Shown here in pieces: positions 10,501-22,539 of a stretch of 27,402 bases of DNA. The position numbers and the translations under genes were made by a program. The stretch lies in the NCBI GenBank assembly GCA_027604505.1, contig JADIIX010000051.1, positions 124,001-151,402 of the forward strand. Direction: 5' to 3'. How positions within the stretch are numbered: the stretch's first letter is position 1; each line of letters opens with the position of its first letter. The DNA is from Gonapodya sp. JEL0774. Its lineage: Eukaryota. The notes beneath the pieces are model-generated. The model did not search any database and was not told where the DNA came from. It saw only the letters and a program-made list of their open reading frames with translations.

Positions 10501-10767
10501 TCTTCACCGTCTTTATCGTAACGCGGAAGGTAAGTTTCCGTGGCAGCAGGACAGTCCACACACGGGTTTACTTTTATCGTGGACACATCCAGGGAGATTA
10601 TAGTGGTCATAAGGGCAATCTAATGGGTACGTTGTCTCTCTTTTCGATTGCTTTGGGTAATCGTGTTTAATATCTCCTGGCAATTCATCACAGTTATCGA
10701 AGTAGGTGGCGTCCAACTTGATGACAGAGTCCTGTCGTACAGCAAAGTCATGGGAATGGATCATTAA
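7597..10767 (+). CDS. MFS transporter, anion:cation symporter (Dal5/Tna1-like) family; ~24 exons
   Basis: The spliced product contains WTDEE|ERAVVRKVDMRLLP, VDRGNIS, FEIPSNL, RVLLGVMEAGFGPG, LYLTFWYKKYE, DGAAGLPGWRWLFIIEG, LP|DFPQTCGFLNDREK and QVYQSDDAPLYIRGHY, all typical of fungal ACS permeases. It ends ...VMGMDH* at 10765-10767. The substrate cannot be determined from sequence. Confidence 0.9.
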
Positions 10768-11381
10768 TATTAATGTTATAAAGATTGAGTACCCACCGTA
10801 TACATCAAGCTTTTGTTTGCCTTGTCCGAAAGTAATAAGAAGGGCCTCCTATGTTTTTCTTGTCATGACGCATTGATTCCATAAGTGCTGCACAGCTAAT
10901 GACGTGAATCAACAACTCGTTTCGTCACCTGACACGGTTTCGTCACCTTTGGCGACGGGTGACAATAGATTGATCATTCTATCGTGTCTGATAGTGGACA
11001 TGAGAAGTCTTGCTGCATATCCGTACTGATCCAATGATACTTGATCAATGATTTGGAACCTTGAACCCGGAGTCCCCTTTTCTTCATGCATTTCACGTGA
11101 TGTTGCGGGAAAACCACTTCAAGCGTGGTTTTTTGGGGTTGGACCCCTCTCGGAATCGAACACGATTCAAAGTCCGCGCTTCGTCACGTTCACAGCGTGT
11201 CGCCAATCGCCATAATTATTTCTCCACCTCCACCAAGTCAATTTCTACAGTTTCCTTCACTCTTTGATTTGACATAATCATTCCACGCGCCTACCTGCCG
11301 TCTTCCCCTCGCGCATCTGTATCAAGACGCCAAACTACTTCCCCGAACTTGTTATTGTTCCGATAGCTTCCGGCGCACATC

Positions 11382-13011
11382 ATGTCTGTCAAAATCTTGA
11401 AAGCCTACAGCAACACCTCCAACCGAGTTCCAGCTTTACTGGATGGGGAGGTGCTCCCTTACGGGCCCGGTAGTGAAGTTGTCAGTGGCCGGTTCGCAAC
11501 GTGGAACATTTCGAAGAAGATGCTCGGATCGGGAAGTTTTGCTGTTGTGAAAGAAGCTATCAATATGGACACGGGGGACAAGGTGAGCTATACCCATGCG
11601 TGTGCTGTTGCAGTCCTTCCCTTGAATATGTCGTTTCACATCGAATCCTCAACGATCATGCACTCATGCACTCGTGCACAGGCTGTAGTCAAAATCTGCA
11701 CTGTTGTAAACCCTTCCGATGACCCTACGCATCAGAACCTCTATCCTCTTCGTGAACTAGGCACCTTATCACACGTAGGAATTCTTCGCCACCCCAATAT
11801 CGTACGGCTGCTGGACGGTACCACCATAGGAGACTCCGTGTATATCTTTGAGGAGAGAATTGAAGGGATGGAGCTCTTTGAGTATCTGGTGAGTGCCTGG
11901 CGGACCCATGCAACAGTGCATTCGAGAATTAACAACGTTCTCATCCATCGTCCGCTTTCCTCACTCCAGAAACAAAATGGTGGTTCCCTACCCATCGAAC
12001 AGGTCCGCAATATCACTGCCCAGCTCCTTTCCGCTTTACGGCACATTCACCGCTTGGGTGTGCTCCACCGCGACGTGAAGCTCGACAACGTCATCATCAA
12101 CACGCAAACCCTCCACATCACCTTAATTGACTTTAACTTGGCAACATTTTACCGTGACGATACACCTCTGTCGGAACCTGTCGGATGCATCAACTACAGC
12201 TCTCCGCAGATTCTGGACGCATCAAAGGGCAAGTCCTACTTGCCTGAAAAGGGCTGGTCCGACTTGTGGGCTCTCGGCGTTGCCACATATGGCATGATGG
12301 TTGGGTGAGTGCGCCAGAGGTTCTTACTCGACTGATATGAACTTCAATGCTCAATTCTTTCGTTCTCGTCACTGAAAAATGTACAGGTTCTTTCCCTTTA
12401 AAGCCGAAGAAGCCCGCCGCCTTATCAAGGAGCAATCCCAACTCTCCACCAAACCTCTCTCCTGGCACGCTGAAGAAGTCGACCCTGTAGCACGAGCATT
12501 CGTGGAGAGTATTCTCACTCCCCACTCGCTGGGTAAAATCTCCGCCGAAACGCTCATGCAAGATCCATTTGTTGCGGGACACGAAGCGCTGAAAATCGAT
12601 CCGCTCGCTGATGCTGTAGAACATCCCTTTGAGTCCCTTGTTGCAGAAGACCGCGGTCTGGTTTGCGAGGATTTGGAGGATCAGGCAACATCTTTGCGGA
12701 AGCTAGTGCGGTCTATGGTGGATGTTGTCGTTCAGAAGCTGGAGGCGTCAGGGGTAATACTCCCCATACGGGACAGTTTTTCTTCGCAGTCAATGTCCAC
12801 AGATCTGAGCACCCGCACTGTCTCTCAATCGACAGTCGGGTCGTTCATGAGCTTCAGCTCAACGGGAACGGTTGTAGCTGTGAGTGAAAAGAAAACCAGG
12901 AGGAAGTGGAAGGTGTTTGGCAGCCAAGAGACAGAACCGAAACCTGGAAAGCAAAAGGACTTGGAAGGATTAGGAATATTCGGCAAACTGCTAAATCGCA
13001 AGAAGATATGA
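11382..13011 (+). CDS. Ser/Thr protein kinase (CAMK-group-like) with DFN and SPQ variants
   Basis: Exons 11382-11582, 11682-11888, 11970-12304 and 12387-13011. Motifs: LGSGSFAVVK, AVVK, RE, HPNIVRLLD, HRDVKLDN, LIDFNLA, GCINYSSPQ, DLWALGV, GFFPF. The C-terminal tail is Ser/Thr-rich and basic. Confidence 0.9.
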
Positions 13012-13297
13012 AATGGGATGGGAAGTTACTTGGACTGACACCAATAGAGCATACTGCATTCTGGTATTATTGACCATTTTGTTATTGTTATAGAGATATG
13101 TTTTAGATTTCGCACTTCGTCGAATACTAGTCATGTGTAAAGCTCTCTGTAATCTACGTTCATCAGGGCTTGGGCCTACAGAAGGACAATGCTTCTGTGT
13201 TTCGAGAGACAGGGTATTAACTATTCTTTGATAAAAACTTTGCCAAAGTTCTCCATATGTACAGAAGGTTAGCTCTATAGTGGATTCAGTCTTCTGA

Positions 13298-14599
13298 CTA
13301 CTGGTCATCGTCATAGTTGCCTGTTAGTTCGTCCTTGCAAAAGCAGTACCAGGGTTGAGCTTCATATGCTGAACGAGTAACCATGATCATTGAGACAGCA
13401 TGACTTACCTTGGGCTCTTTGGGCTCCAAATCCTCCCCATACTGCATTGCATTATCAATCTGAGCAAGCAAGTATGTTATAGAATCCTCATCTTCAATGT
13501 TAAGAGGGACAAACTGGACCATGTTGAATTCGTCGATCTGGTAGTGTGGGGTATGGATGTAATGACTTAGGTTCTGAACGCCAGAATTTTGTGTTCATCG
13601 GAGGCTAGAGAAGTGCTCACGAGCTTCACGAGGGCTTCATTGAGACGATAAAACTTTGGTCGCATGGTCACGTTGGCGTCCTCGAGGAGCAAGCCTGGAT
13701 CGGGTTCCAGATATCTTTTAAGCGGAAGGTCCGCGCATTCATCGTTGTTGGAGCTCACGAGCAAGAGCATGTTCATCGTCTTGCACGTCAGCTCACCGCT
13801 CCATTTCCGCTGATTCTGCTCGTTCGCCAAGCAGATCCATTTTACTCATGACGTTGATGTGGGGTATTTCTAATTGTACCATCGTCGCCGTGGCACTCAG
13901 CACGCCCGCAAAGTATTTGGCGGTATCTTCGATGAACTGGCTGTCGATGATGTAGACACCACAAACCGTGTAGCCAAGATGCTGCATGTGCTGTACCATG
14001 CGTTTCATAACAGGGATGTGTGTGTAGAGCTCTATTTGGCCGGGACAGTCCAGGATCAGGTAATCATCATCAAAGCTCTGTAATTCTTCATCAAGCCACT
14101 CCATGTTGTCGACAAGGTACCTTGGATGTTCAAAAAGACATTCATTCCTGATTTCGAGTCCGATTAACGTGTCGTAGTACGCACTCCATGCAGTAAACGA
14201 GCCCGCCGTTCGGACCATATCCGAGTTCTTCCATCACATCCTCCAGTGGCACAAGTTCTCGTATGTCTGCATACAGGAAAAGGGCATAAAACCAAGCATT
14301 GCAATGTGATGATCCAGGGTGTCCCAGACATACCAATAGTTGGTTGGTATTCGAAGTTTTCAGCTGCTGGATCCAAGTTGACGAGGTGCGCTGACCGACC
14401 AGTGGATTCACAGTGAGTCATCAATGTCCTACAGCAGGTGGACTGAATGTTGGTGCAGATGCAGATGGTGAAGACGTTTGGCAACACCGAGACGACATAA
14501 TAAGCGGTCTAAAAGTGATCGAAGTCACGCATAAGGTGGCCAAAAGATTACCTTCCCGCTTCCCGCGGGGCCCATCACCATAACAGCGTGCTTTCCCAT
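13298..14599 (-). CDS. GPN3: GPN-loop GTPase 3, 7 exons
   Basis: MGKHAVMVMGPAGSGK|ST (P-loop), HLVNLDPAAE, DVMEELGYGPNGGLVYCME (GPN loop), YLILDCPGQIELYTH, PHINVMSKMDL, IDNAMQYGEDLEPKEPK. Stop TAG at 13300-13298. Confidence 0.95.
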
Positions 14600-14722
14600 G
14601 GTGAACAGGTTGTGTGTGCTTGAATTTTCCAGGTTTTGTGTGGTCAAACAACCAAGGTCACGGCCAGGCCATCTCGATTCCCTCAAAAGAGAAAATCGAC
14701 AATCAGCACGCTGGCAACAAAA
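14600..14722. promoter_or_regulatory. Very compact bidirectional promoter shared by GPN3 and importin-9
   Basis: 123 bp between the divergent ATGs (14599 on -, 14723 on +). Contains an imperfect inverted repeat, TCGATTcc-CTC-aaaa-GAG-aaAATCGA, at 14674-14699. Confidence 0.6.
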
Positions 14723-17700
14723 ATGCTCAGCGGGGAACTAGGGCAGGCTGTTTTTACGACTCTCACACACTGTCTCGAGGTTTGATCGACGTGAACTCCT
14801 TCAAATCACATGGAGGTTGTAGGTCTTACTTGCCCCAATCAATCCACCATTTCCATCAAACCACTCTCGCAGCCAGTACCAGAAGTTCAGAGCTCCGCCG
14901 AAGCAAAGCTCAAGGAGCTTTCTCGTACTCCCGGTATGCTTCATAGATGCGATTTTGAGTCAAATCGGGATCATCCTCACGTTGACAATCGCATTCCAGC
15001 ATACGCTGCAGCCCTTGTCGAAATAACTCTCTCTCAAGCTCTTCCTGTGAATCAGCGACAGCTCGCGGCAGTTTCACTCAAGAACTATGTAGATAAGAAC
15101 TGGTCGGAGCAGGAAGATGGGGAGAAGTTTGAAGGACCGGAACCCCCAGAGGAGGTAAGCCCATTATATTACGCAATACTTCGAAATTTGGATGCGGAAG
15201 TTTTCGCCCTTTTGCTTTATGTCAAGGTAAAAGCGTTGGTACGGAACCAGATTCTCAATGGTCTCAGTGATCCACAGACTCGAATCCGAAGCGCTGTTGT
15301 GAGTGGAGGACGCGATCATCGTCGAACTCTGCGATCGTGGAATTCGATACAATTTCATCCATAGGCCTACGCTGTGTCCAAAATCGCTCACACTGATTGG
15401 CCGGAACAGTGGCCAGACCTTCTAAACGTCCTACTCGCCAATCTCCAGAGTGGTGAAGCAAGTCGAGTTCACGGTGCCATGCGCGTGCTGGCTGAGTTTA
15501 TGAAGAATGATGTTACCGACCAGCAGTTCCCACACGTCGCTCCTATCCTCTTGCCGGAGCTCTTTAAGATCTTCTCGAACCCGCAGACTTATCCCCCTCA
15601 ATCCCGTGCTCGTTGTGCATCTGTGTTCCGTGACGCAGTGGATATGTTAAACAATGTCAAGGAAGAGCACCCGGACGCACCCACTCAATTTCTTCTGCCA
15701 CTCATGCCCGGCTGGATGTCTGCGTTCCAGGTCGTTCTTGCGGCACCCTCAACTCGCGTTACTGAGGAGCTCATTCTTAGGTTGGAAGTTACCAAAACTC
15801 TCGTGCGCCTCTCTCATAACTTTCCTAAAATGCTCGACCCGTACCTCGCCGGTCTGGTCGAACCGGTGTGGGCTGATCTGTCCCGACTCCGAGGAGAATA
15901 CTTGGCAGAATCTGTCTCTGGCGCAGTGGTTGCTACCACAGGAGATGTTGACTCTGAGGGTGAGGTCACAGGGCTCGATAACCTCCTTTACGCCTACTTT
16001 GAGTTTATTGAGAGTGCAGTGAGGCGCGCCGTGATGGATCCTTTCCTTCTTGGACATAGCGAGAAGCGCAAGAAGGGGAAAAAAGCTGCAAAGGCAGTGA
16101 CAGTAGCGCCCACCCGACCCGCTGCCCTCCCAGAACTTGTTTGGGTTGTTATGGCTTATGCACAGATAACTACGGAGCAGGAGCAAGCGTGGGCCTCGGA
16201 CGCTGACCAGTATGTGGCTGATGAGGACGAGGAGAGTCTTGCGTTCAACGTGCGGATTGCTGCAGTTGATTTGCTACAAGAAGTGAGTTAACCTGCTGTG
16301 ACAGCTACTGTCCATGGAAGTTATAAATTCAATGCTTTCAGGGTCTATTTGATGTTCATCGGTCAGACACTCTCCAAGCATTAGCACAAGCCGCTCAGCG
16401 CCATTTTGCAGATGCTCAGGCTTTGCGAGCTCAGGGGAGGCCTGATTGGTGGAAGGCACAAGAAGCGGTGCTTCTCGCCATTGGGAGACTTGCGGAAGAA
16501 ATCGTCGATGAGGTGAAAGAGGACTCGACCAGGTTCGACCTTGAAGGATTGTTTCAGCAAGTCGTGCTTGACAGCATGCGAGCAGCCGGTGAGAGGATTC
16601 GCTCGATGTTGGGTGATTTGATCACGATTACAATGTACTCCTCCACAACAAGGCCACCCTTTCCTCCAGGGCCGCGCTATTTGGTTTGCAGCCAAGTTTT
16701 GTGAAGTTCTGCCACAACAACTTGCCGCGGAGTATCTCAACGCTGCAGTGGCCGGTATTGAGCCCTCGAACCCGAACCCAGTGCGAATTTCTGCTGTAAA
16801 GGCAATGCAATCGTGAGCATTTGTACACAATCGGAGATTTCCGACAATTCACCATCTGCGCACCACTGACTCTACGCTACACTCCCCCAGTTTTTCGGAG
16901 CACCTTGACGCTTCTCTTCTACAACCTCTCTATCCCGCAATTGTGAACGGGATTGCTACGCTTGCAACAACTGCTGGCGAAGACTCGCTTGTCCTGCTGT
17001 TTGAGACACTTTATGCTGTTACAGGCGAAGTTTCTGAAGAAAGTGTGAAAGCCTGCGAGGCTCAATTGATAGATTTGGCTGTAGGCATCTGGATGAAGCA
17101 GCCAGGAGGTTGGTTACGATCATACTCCGAAAAAATGCAGTTCTTCACCTCCAACTTGGGTACCTTGCAGATCATCTCGTTGGTGGCATTGTCACGGAGC
17201 TAGTGTCCTTAATTGCATCCAAACCATCGTGTTTTGATGCACTTCAAACGAGGCTTCTGCCTGCCGTCCGTCATGCTATGCAGCAAGTCAGTAACCCTAA
17301 CAACGCCTCAGCAATTGCAGTAAGTGATTGTATGCTTGCTTGCACAACTACTTGCTCGGAAGTAGCGAATGATTTTCGCAACATTAGGCGGCAGTAGACT
17401 TAGCTACAATTTTGGCCAAAAACGCACCCTCGCCCCTTCCAGCAGTCTATGTCCAGCAAGTATTCCCCGATCTGATTCAGACATTGGACAACACGGACGA
17501 CCCAAGCATTATTCAAAGTGGCCAAGATTGTCTTCGTTGGTTGATTCACAAGGATGTTAACCAACTTGCGGCATGGTGAGCGTTCCAAACGAGTAAATTG
17601 TCGTGGGAGAAGTTTCTCATATTGACCATTCAAAGGACTGACAACGCGGGAGTCACTGGTATACATCATATGATGAAAATTATAGCCCGCCTCTTAAGTC

Positions 17701-19083
17701 CCGCCCACAGCGAGTCGGCTTCGGCTTTCGTGGGCGATTTGATCACCAAGCTCATAGTGAAAGCTGGGGACCTACTCTCGCCTGTCCTCGAAGACCTGCT
17801 CAGAGCGGTAGCGTTGAAACTAGGCAGTGCACAAACACCAACATTCATTCAGGTGAGATGGACTCCTTATCTCATTTCTTCGACGTCAATGCCCAAGTAA
17901 CCTTGTACTTGATGAATGGATGGTCAGACTCTAGTCACTGTTTTCCTTCACCTTCTTCAAAAGAACCAAGCCCAGATCATCAACTTCCTGGCCGGTCTGG
18001 ATGTGAACGGTCGAAACGGTTTGGAACTGTTCGTGTCGTCTTGGTGTGAGAACTACATGTACTTCCAAGGTTTCTATATCTTGAAGCTCAAGTAAGCGCT
18101 TTTGACGAATTCGGTTCCCTTTGCAACGATCGCTTGACCCACAAAGATTGCCTTCCGAAAAGTGCGGTTTCAATGAGCAACCTCTATGCGGCTGCGGGCA
18201 CCGACGAACGTCTCAGACAGATTGCCGTCAAGGGCGATGCTATACCTGATGGCAGTGGAAGTGAGTAGACATCACAGCGACCGGGCCTGCCTGTTTCTTG
18301 TCTGTAACCGGCACACAATTTATCGTCACCGTTTTTCAGAGATCATCACCCGCTCTAAAGCCAAGCTCGGTGCGTAATGCGCCTTAAGGGCCTCTTTTCG
18401 TCAGTTCTAACGAGCCATACCTTGTGCTTGGTGCTATAGAAAAACATACAATAGTGCCATTCCCTGTGAAAGCAGTCAAACTGCTTATCTGGGATTTCGG
18501 CAATAACTGGGAGGAAGTGACGGCCAAACAACTGGCAAAGGCCGCCCTCGAGGATGAGTCTGAAGACATCGCGGAGGACGACGGCGACGATGACGTGAGT
18601 ATGGCCACCAGGTTTTAAGAAGTCCGAATCAAGATGTCTCAGCGTTTCTGCAGGAGGACGCAGGCGAAGGTTGGGAGGACGTTGAGGAGTCTCCATTTGC
18701 TCCCGCGGAGAACTACAAATATTTATCAGGTGTGTTCTATCGGTGTGAGATACCTGTTGCTCGGCCATAGATATTCGTTTTGCCTTCCAGAACTGATTGA
18801 AAGTGGAATCGTCGATCTCGACTCCACGGATGAAGACGAGTACGACCCGGACCTGAAAAATGACCCAGTTTACCACATTGCAATGAGAGTGAGCGATCAG
18901 TTGATTACTTTCCCTGTTGTTAGCGCTGACAATAGCATCGTTTTCCACACTCATTGCCAGGAATACTTTGTTTCTTTTTTCAAAACCTGTCAAACGGATA
19001 ATGTGTGTGGATTCCAAGAGATTTTCAACCAGCATTTGAGTCCAGATGAGGTCAAAAAATTGAGATCGCTAGTGGGGGCTTGA
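14723..19083 (+). CDS. IPO9: Importin-9 / Kap114-like karyopherin-beta, ~17 exons
   Basis: Start MLSGELGQAVFTTLTHCLE|PVPEVQSSAEAKLKEL. Importin-beta N-terminal motif RQLAAVSLKNYVDKNWS. Further motifs: AYAVSKIAHTDWPEQWPDL, WASDADQYVADEDEES, WWKAQEAVLLAIG, HPFLQGRAIWFAAKF, SESASAFVGDLI, IITRSKAK, PFPVKAVKLL, and acidic DPDLKNDP near the C-terminus. Confidence 0.92.
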
Positions 19084-19269
19084 GGGAGAGATGGTTCTAT
19101 TGTTTCCAGTCTAAAGTTATAAATGAATCTCTTGTATACCATCAGTTTATGAATCCACATTGACTATCCGAAAAGAAGGAGGAGATTGAGATACAGGTCA
19201 AAAATAGATTGGTCAGATTTCCTCCAAATCGAGGGGATTCACGATCAAGTGCCATTTACCCAAAGTTAC

Positions 19270-19966
19270 ATGTCTTTCCCGGTTGGCTTGTAAGTCCTGG
19301 GAATAGCGGACCTATCAACAACAAAAGTCACTCACCTTTGTCGAATCGTTACAGATGGACCCGGATACAACTCGTCACTGGGGCGGAAGTTGAAGGCCAA
19401 GTGTGAGTCTAACCCAAGCCCTTGTTCTGGCACCCATTCGATCGTCAATCTCCACGTTTCGCTTTATATATTTATCCTCTCGAAGTTACACGACGGACGT
19501 CACCACTGGCACAGTTGTTCTTCAATGCGCATCATCGACAGCGTCCAAGAAACCCGACTTCCGGATCATAAAAGCCTCAGCAATAAAAGAATTTCATCCA
19601 ATCTCTACACCTCCCCAGTCGAATGGCATTTCAGTGTCCTCCTTTCGGCAGCCGAACCCCGGTCCTGTAGACATTGAGCAGCTCGTGGCCCGAGAAAAGC
19701 TCGCTATTCAACAGGAAGAGGAACGACAACAGAGGATTGGACTTGGTGTCCCGAAAGAGGGCAATGACTTATTTGATGCCCTCGGGAAGACGCTGCCTGT
19801 GATTTGGATTGCCGACCATATCGTGATCATGGACGAAGTAGCGGTTTCACCGCCGTACACTGTTCAAATGGTCAAAGCAGTGAAGGGGAAGAACGCTTCT
19901 GCATCAACTCTCGAACGAGTACGGAAAGTAGTTGAAGGGGAGCGGAAGAAACTGGGTTTGAGCTGA
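19270..19966 (+). CDS. LSM12: LSM12-like protein (Lsm domain plus anticodon-binding AD domain)
   Basis: Exons 19270-19289, 19355-19402 and 19486-19966 give MSFPVGLWTRIQLVTGAEVEGQVYTTDVTTGTVVLQ ... DFRIIKASAIKEF ... IGLGVPKEGNDLFDALGKTLPVIW...IVIMDEVAVSPPY ... LERVRKVVEGERKKL. Confidence 0.88.
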
Positions 19967-20212
19967 TAACTATTGGAATACTCTAACATGAAATACATTG
20001 CATGCATACTTGTCTAGGACTGGTGATACTATACGCTACGTCCCGGAGCTACCTGCTTGTTTCGGGGCGGGGGCGGTGAGGTTTCGCAAGGGATGGTATG
20101 GGGATGGAGCTCATGTGGTCTCCACACCACAGCCTCGGCGGATTGCACAACAGTTTTTCACTGAAAACTTTCTAAACCCACCGATTTCAGTCGCCAGAAT
20201 CAGAAGCATTTA

Positions 20213-22363
20213 ATGTCCTTGAACCCTGGACCTGCCATCGTGAACCCACCGCCTAGAAGGACGAGCGCCCGACCAGACGCTGTTCCCGAGCAATGGCAGC
20301 AACAGCAAACGACATGGTCGCAACCTAACGCGTATCCCCAGCAATATGCTCAACCCTCGCATCGTCCTCCGAGATCCACGCCGTCTCCGCAGCCTTCACC
20401 CCATGGCTCCGTGACTGACCTTGATGAAGCGCCAGTTCCCGTTCCTGAAATGAACCGCCGCCCTACGTTTCAGAAGAAGCCACCACCTCTCGCAATTCCG
20501 CAGCAAGCTTATGAGCAACCGTACGATCCCGCTTATCAGCAGAATTTTTCGTACGCTCCGGCTCCTCCCCAGGAGCAGCGTTATGTTCCAGAGACGCAGT
20601 ATCAATCGGAACCCCATTACCCTCAAGAACGGCAATACACACCACAACCACAACATCCACACCAACCCCAGTACTCACAACAGCCGCAATACTCGCAGCA
20701 GCCGCAGTACTCGCAACAGCCGCAGTACTCGCAACAGCCGCAGTATGCTCCAAAGCCAGCCGCAATCCCCCCCCGGTCCAACTCGAGCTACACACCACCG
20801 CCTCCACAGGCTGCCCCACCAAGGCCGCCCTCACAGCCCCAGCCTGCAAACTCTCAAGGTGGAGCAATTGACCAGACCCTACTTGTGGCGCGGGGTGCGC
20901 AGGTTCCAAAAGGCCAGACCATTGTAGCGCTTCGTCAAAATGCTGAAAAAACGGATGATCCTGCAGTACAGGTATTGTAATGGTTTCCTGTATTTTGATA
21001 CAGCAAACATCGCAACCATTTGCTAAGCTTTCTTCTCATACTTTTGCCGTGATAAAACCTTCCATGGAACTTTAATCTTGACCATCTCGGATTACACACT
21101 ATCCAGTTTGAATTTGCACGGTACATTATTGACTATGCTGGTAGCATACGGGATCATTCAGAGCAGGAAAAACTTTTGGATGAAGGATTTCAATGGCTGC
21201 GCAAACTTGCCACAAGGCTATACCCAGATGCTCAAAATTACCTTGCCGTTCAGTACGCAGCAGATGGGGATTACGACAAAGCATTTCCGCTTTGGTACCA
21301 AGCTAGTAAGGTGAGGGTTCCTTGAAAAGAAGTTTGTTTTCGAGTCTTCTCTCACGAGTTCGGGGTTCCCAACTTCCATCCATTATCCATTGCGCGCTGC
21401 CTTCCACATCGCTGTGAATCTCTTTTACATGATAGCACAGTCATGCTGCATCGTGCTATGAGACTGGCCGATGCTATGAAACAGGTCAGGGTGCAAAGAA
21501 AGATTTCCGGAAGGCCCAGCAGTTTTACATAAAGGCCGCTAGGTGAGTCGTTGTACAGCCTCCGTGGCGTCAAAGTCCCGACCTCAATGTCATTTCGCTT
21601 CAGTGCTGGTTACGTTCCCGCAATGTTCCGCCTTGGAGTTGGCCACCTAGCCGGCGAAGTCGGTCTGAAAAGGGATCCGAAGGAGGCTGTGAAGTGGCTG
21701 AAGCGGGCTGAAGATAAGGGAGACGCAAAGAGTGCCTTCACTCTTGGGCAGCTATTTGAGGAAGGTTACCCACCCGCTGTGTACCAAGATCTCAACTACG
21801 CCCGGTCATTGTACGAGGAGGCCGCGGAGAAAAATCTTGTCGCTGCCCAGCTGAAGCTGGGCCATGCATATGAGAAGGGCACTCTTGGCCTCCCAGTCAG
21901 TCCTCGGGACAGCGTGAGATGGTTCCAGATGGCCGCCGCCCAAGGGGACAAAGATGCACAGTACTCACTCGCCGGATGGCACCTCACAGGAGCTGAAGGA
22001 ACGTTGAGGCCTTCACCCCCTGATGCCTTTTCGTGGGCGATGAAGGCAGCAAATCAGGGCCTGCCGAAGGCAGAGTATGCCGTTGCTTACGTGAGTGCTT
22101 TAAACGATGGATGTAAGACAGCCTGCTGTTCTCCACTGTAAACAACCCTTTTTTTGCACCAGTTTTTTGAGATGGGGATCGGCACCACTGCAAACTCACA
22201 AGAGGCCCTCAAATGGTATCGCTTGGCTGCCCAACATGGAGAGGAGCGCGCTCGGAAACGCCTTAACTCCGGTGATTCTGGGCGTCCACTTGCGTCTCCG
22301 GACCAAGTCAGAGACATTGTCAATGATGGTAGAAAGACCGACAAAGACTGTTCGATAATGTAA
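20213..22363 (+). CDS. SKT5: Sel1-repeat chitin synthase activator (Chs4/Skt5-like) with C-terminal CaaX
   Basis: A P/Q/Y-rich N-terminus is followed by AVQ|FEFARYI, EGFQWLRKLA..YPDAQNYLA, DYDKAFPLWYQASK and tandem Sel1 repeats (AMFRLG..DPKEAVKWLKRA, AQLKLGHAYEKG, AQYSLAGWHLTGAEG, KAEYAVAY). It ends DKDCSIM* (CaaX). Five exons. Confidence 0.85.
20663..20746 (+). repeat. Coding 18-bp minisatellite, ~4.7 copies, encoding (QPQYSQ)n
   Basis: Units: caaccccagtactcacaa / cagccgcaatactcgcag / cagccgcagtactcgcaa / cagccgcagtactcgcaa / cagccgcagtat. Confidence 0.9.
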
Positions 22364-22539
22364 TTAATATTGCGCTATATTACGTCTTCATGGCGCAGTG
22401 CGACATGTTTGCTATTTAGATGGATTTTGGTTGAATTCTCCCTTGTAGTTCATTCACTTGTGATCACTCATGAAGGGTCGGATATAGAGATAAAGTTTCA
22501 CTGGTTACTGTCAGCCGTGGAGCCAAGAGAATTTCGCAC

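Noticed and set aside
14810..14872. ORF-track start MEVVGLTCPNQ for importin-9
   Set aside because: It lies inside the predicted first intron (14780-14872). The ATG at 14723 gives a better importin N-terminal helix.
19955..19969. TGA-TAA tandem stop at the LSM12 end, and other TGA stops, as possible selenocysteine or readthrough
   Set aside because: Some early-diverging fungi use Sec, but none of these genes belongs to a selenoprotein family. There is no redox-motif context, and I could not identify a SECIS element.
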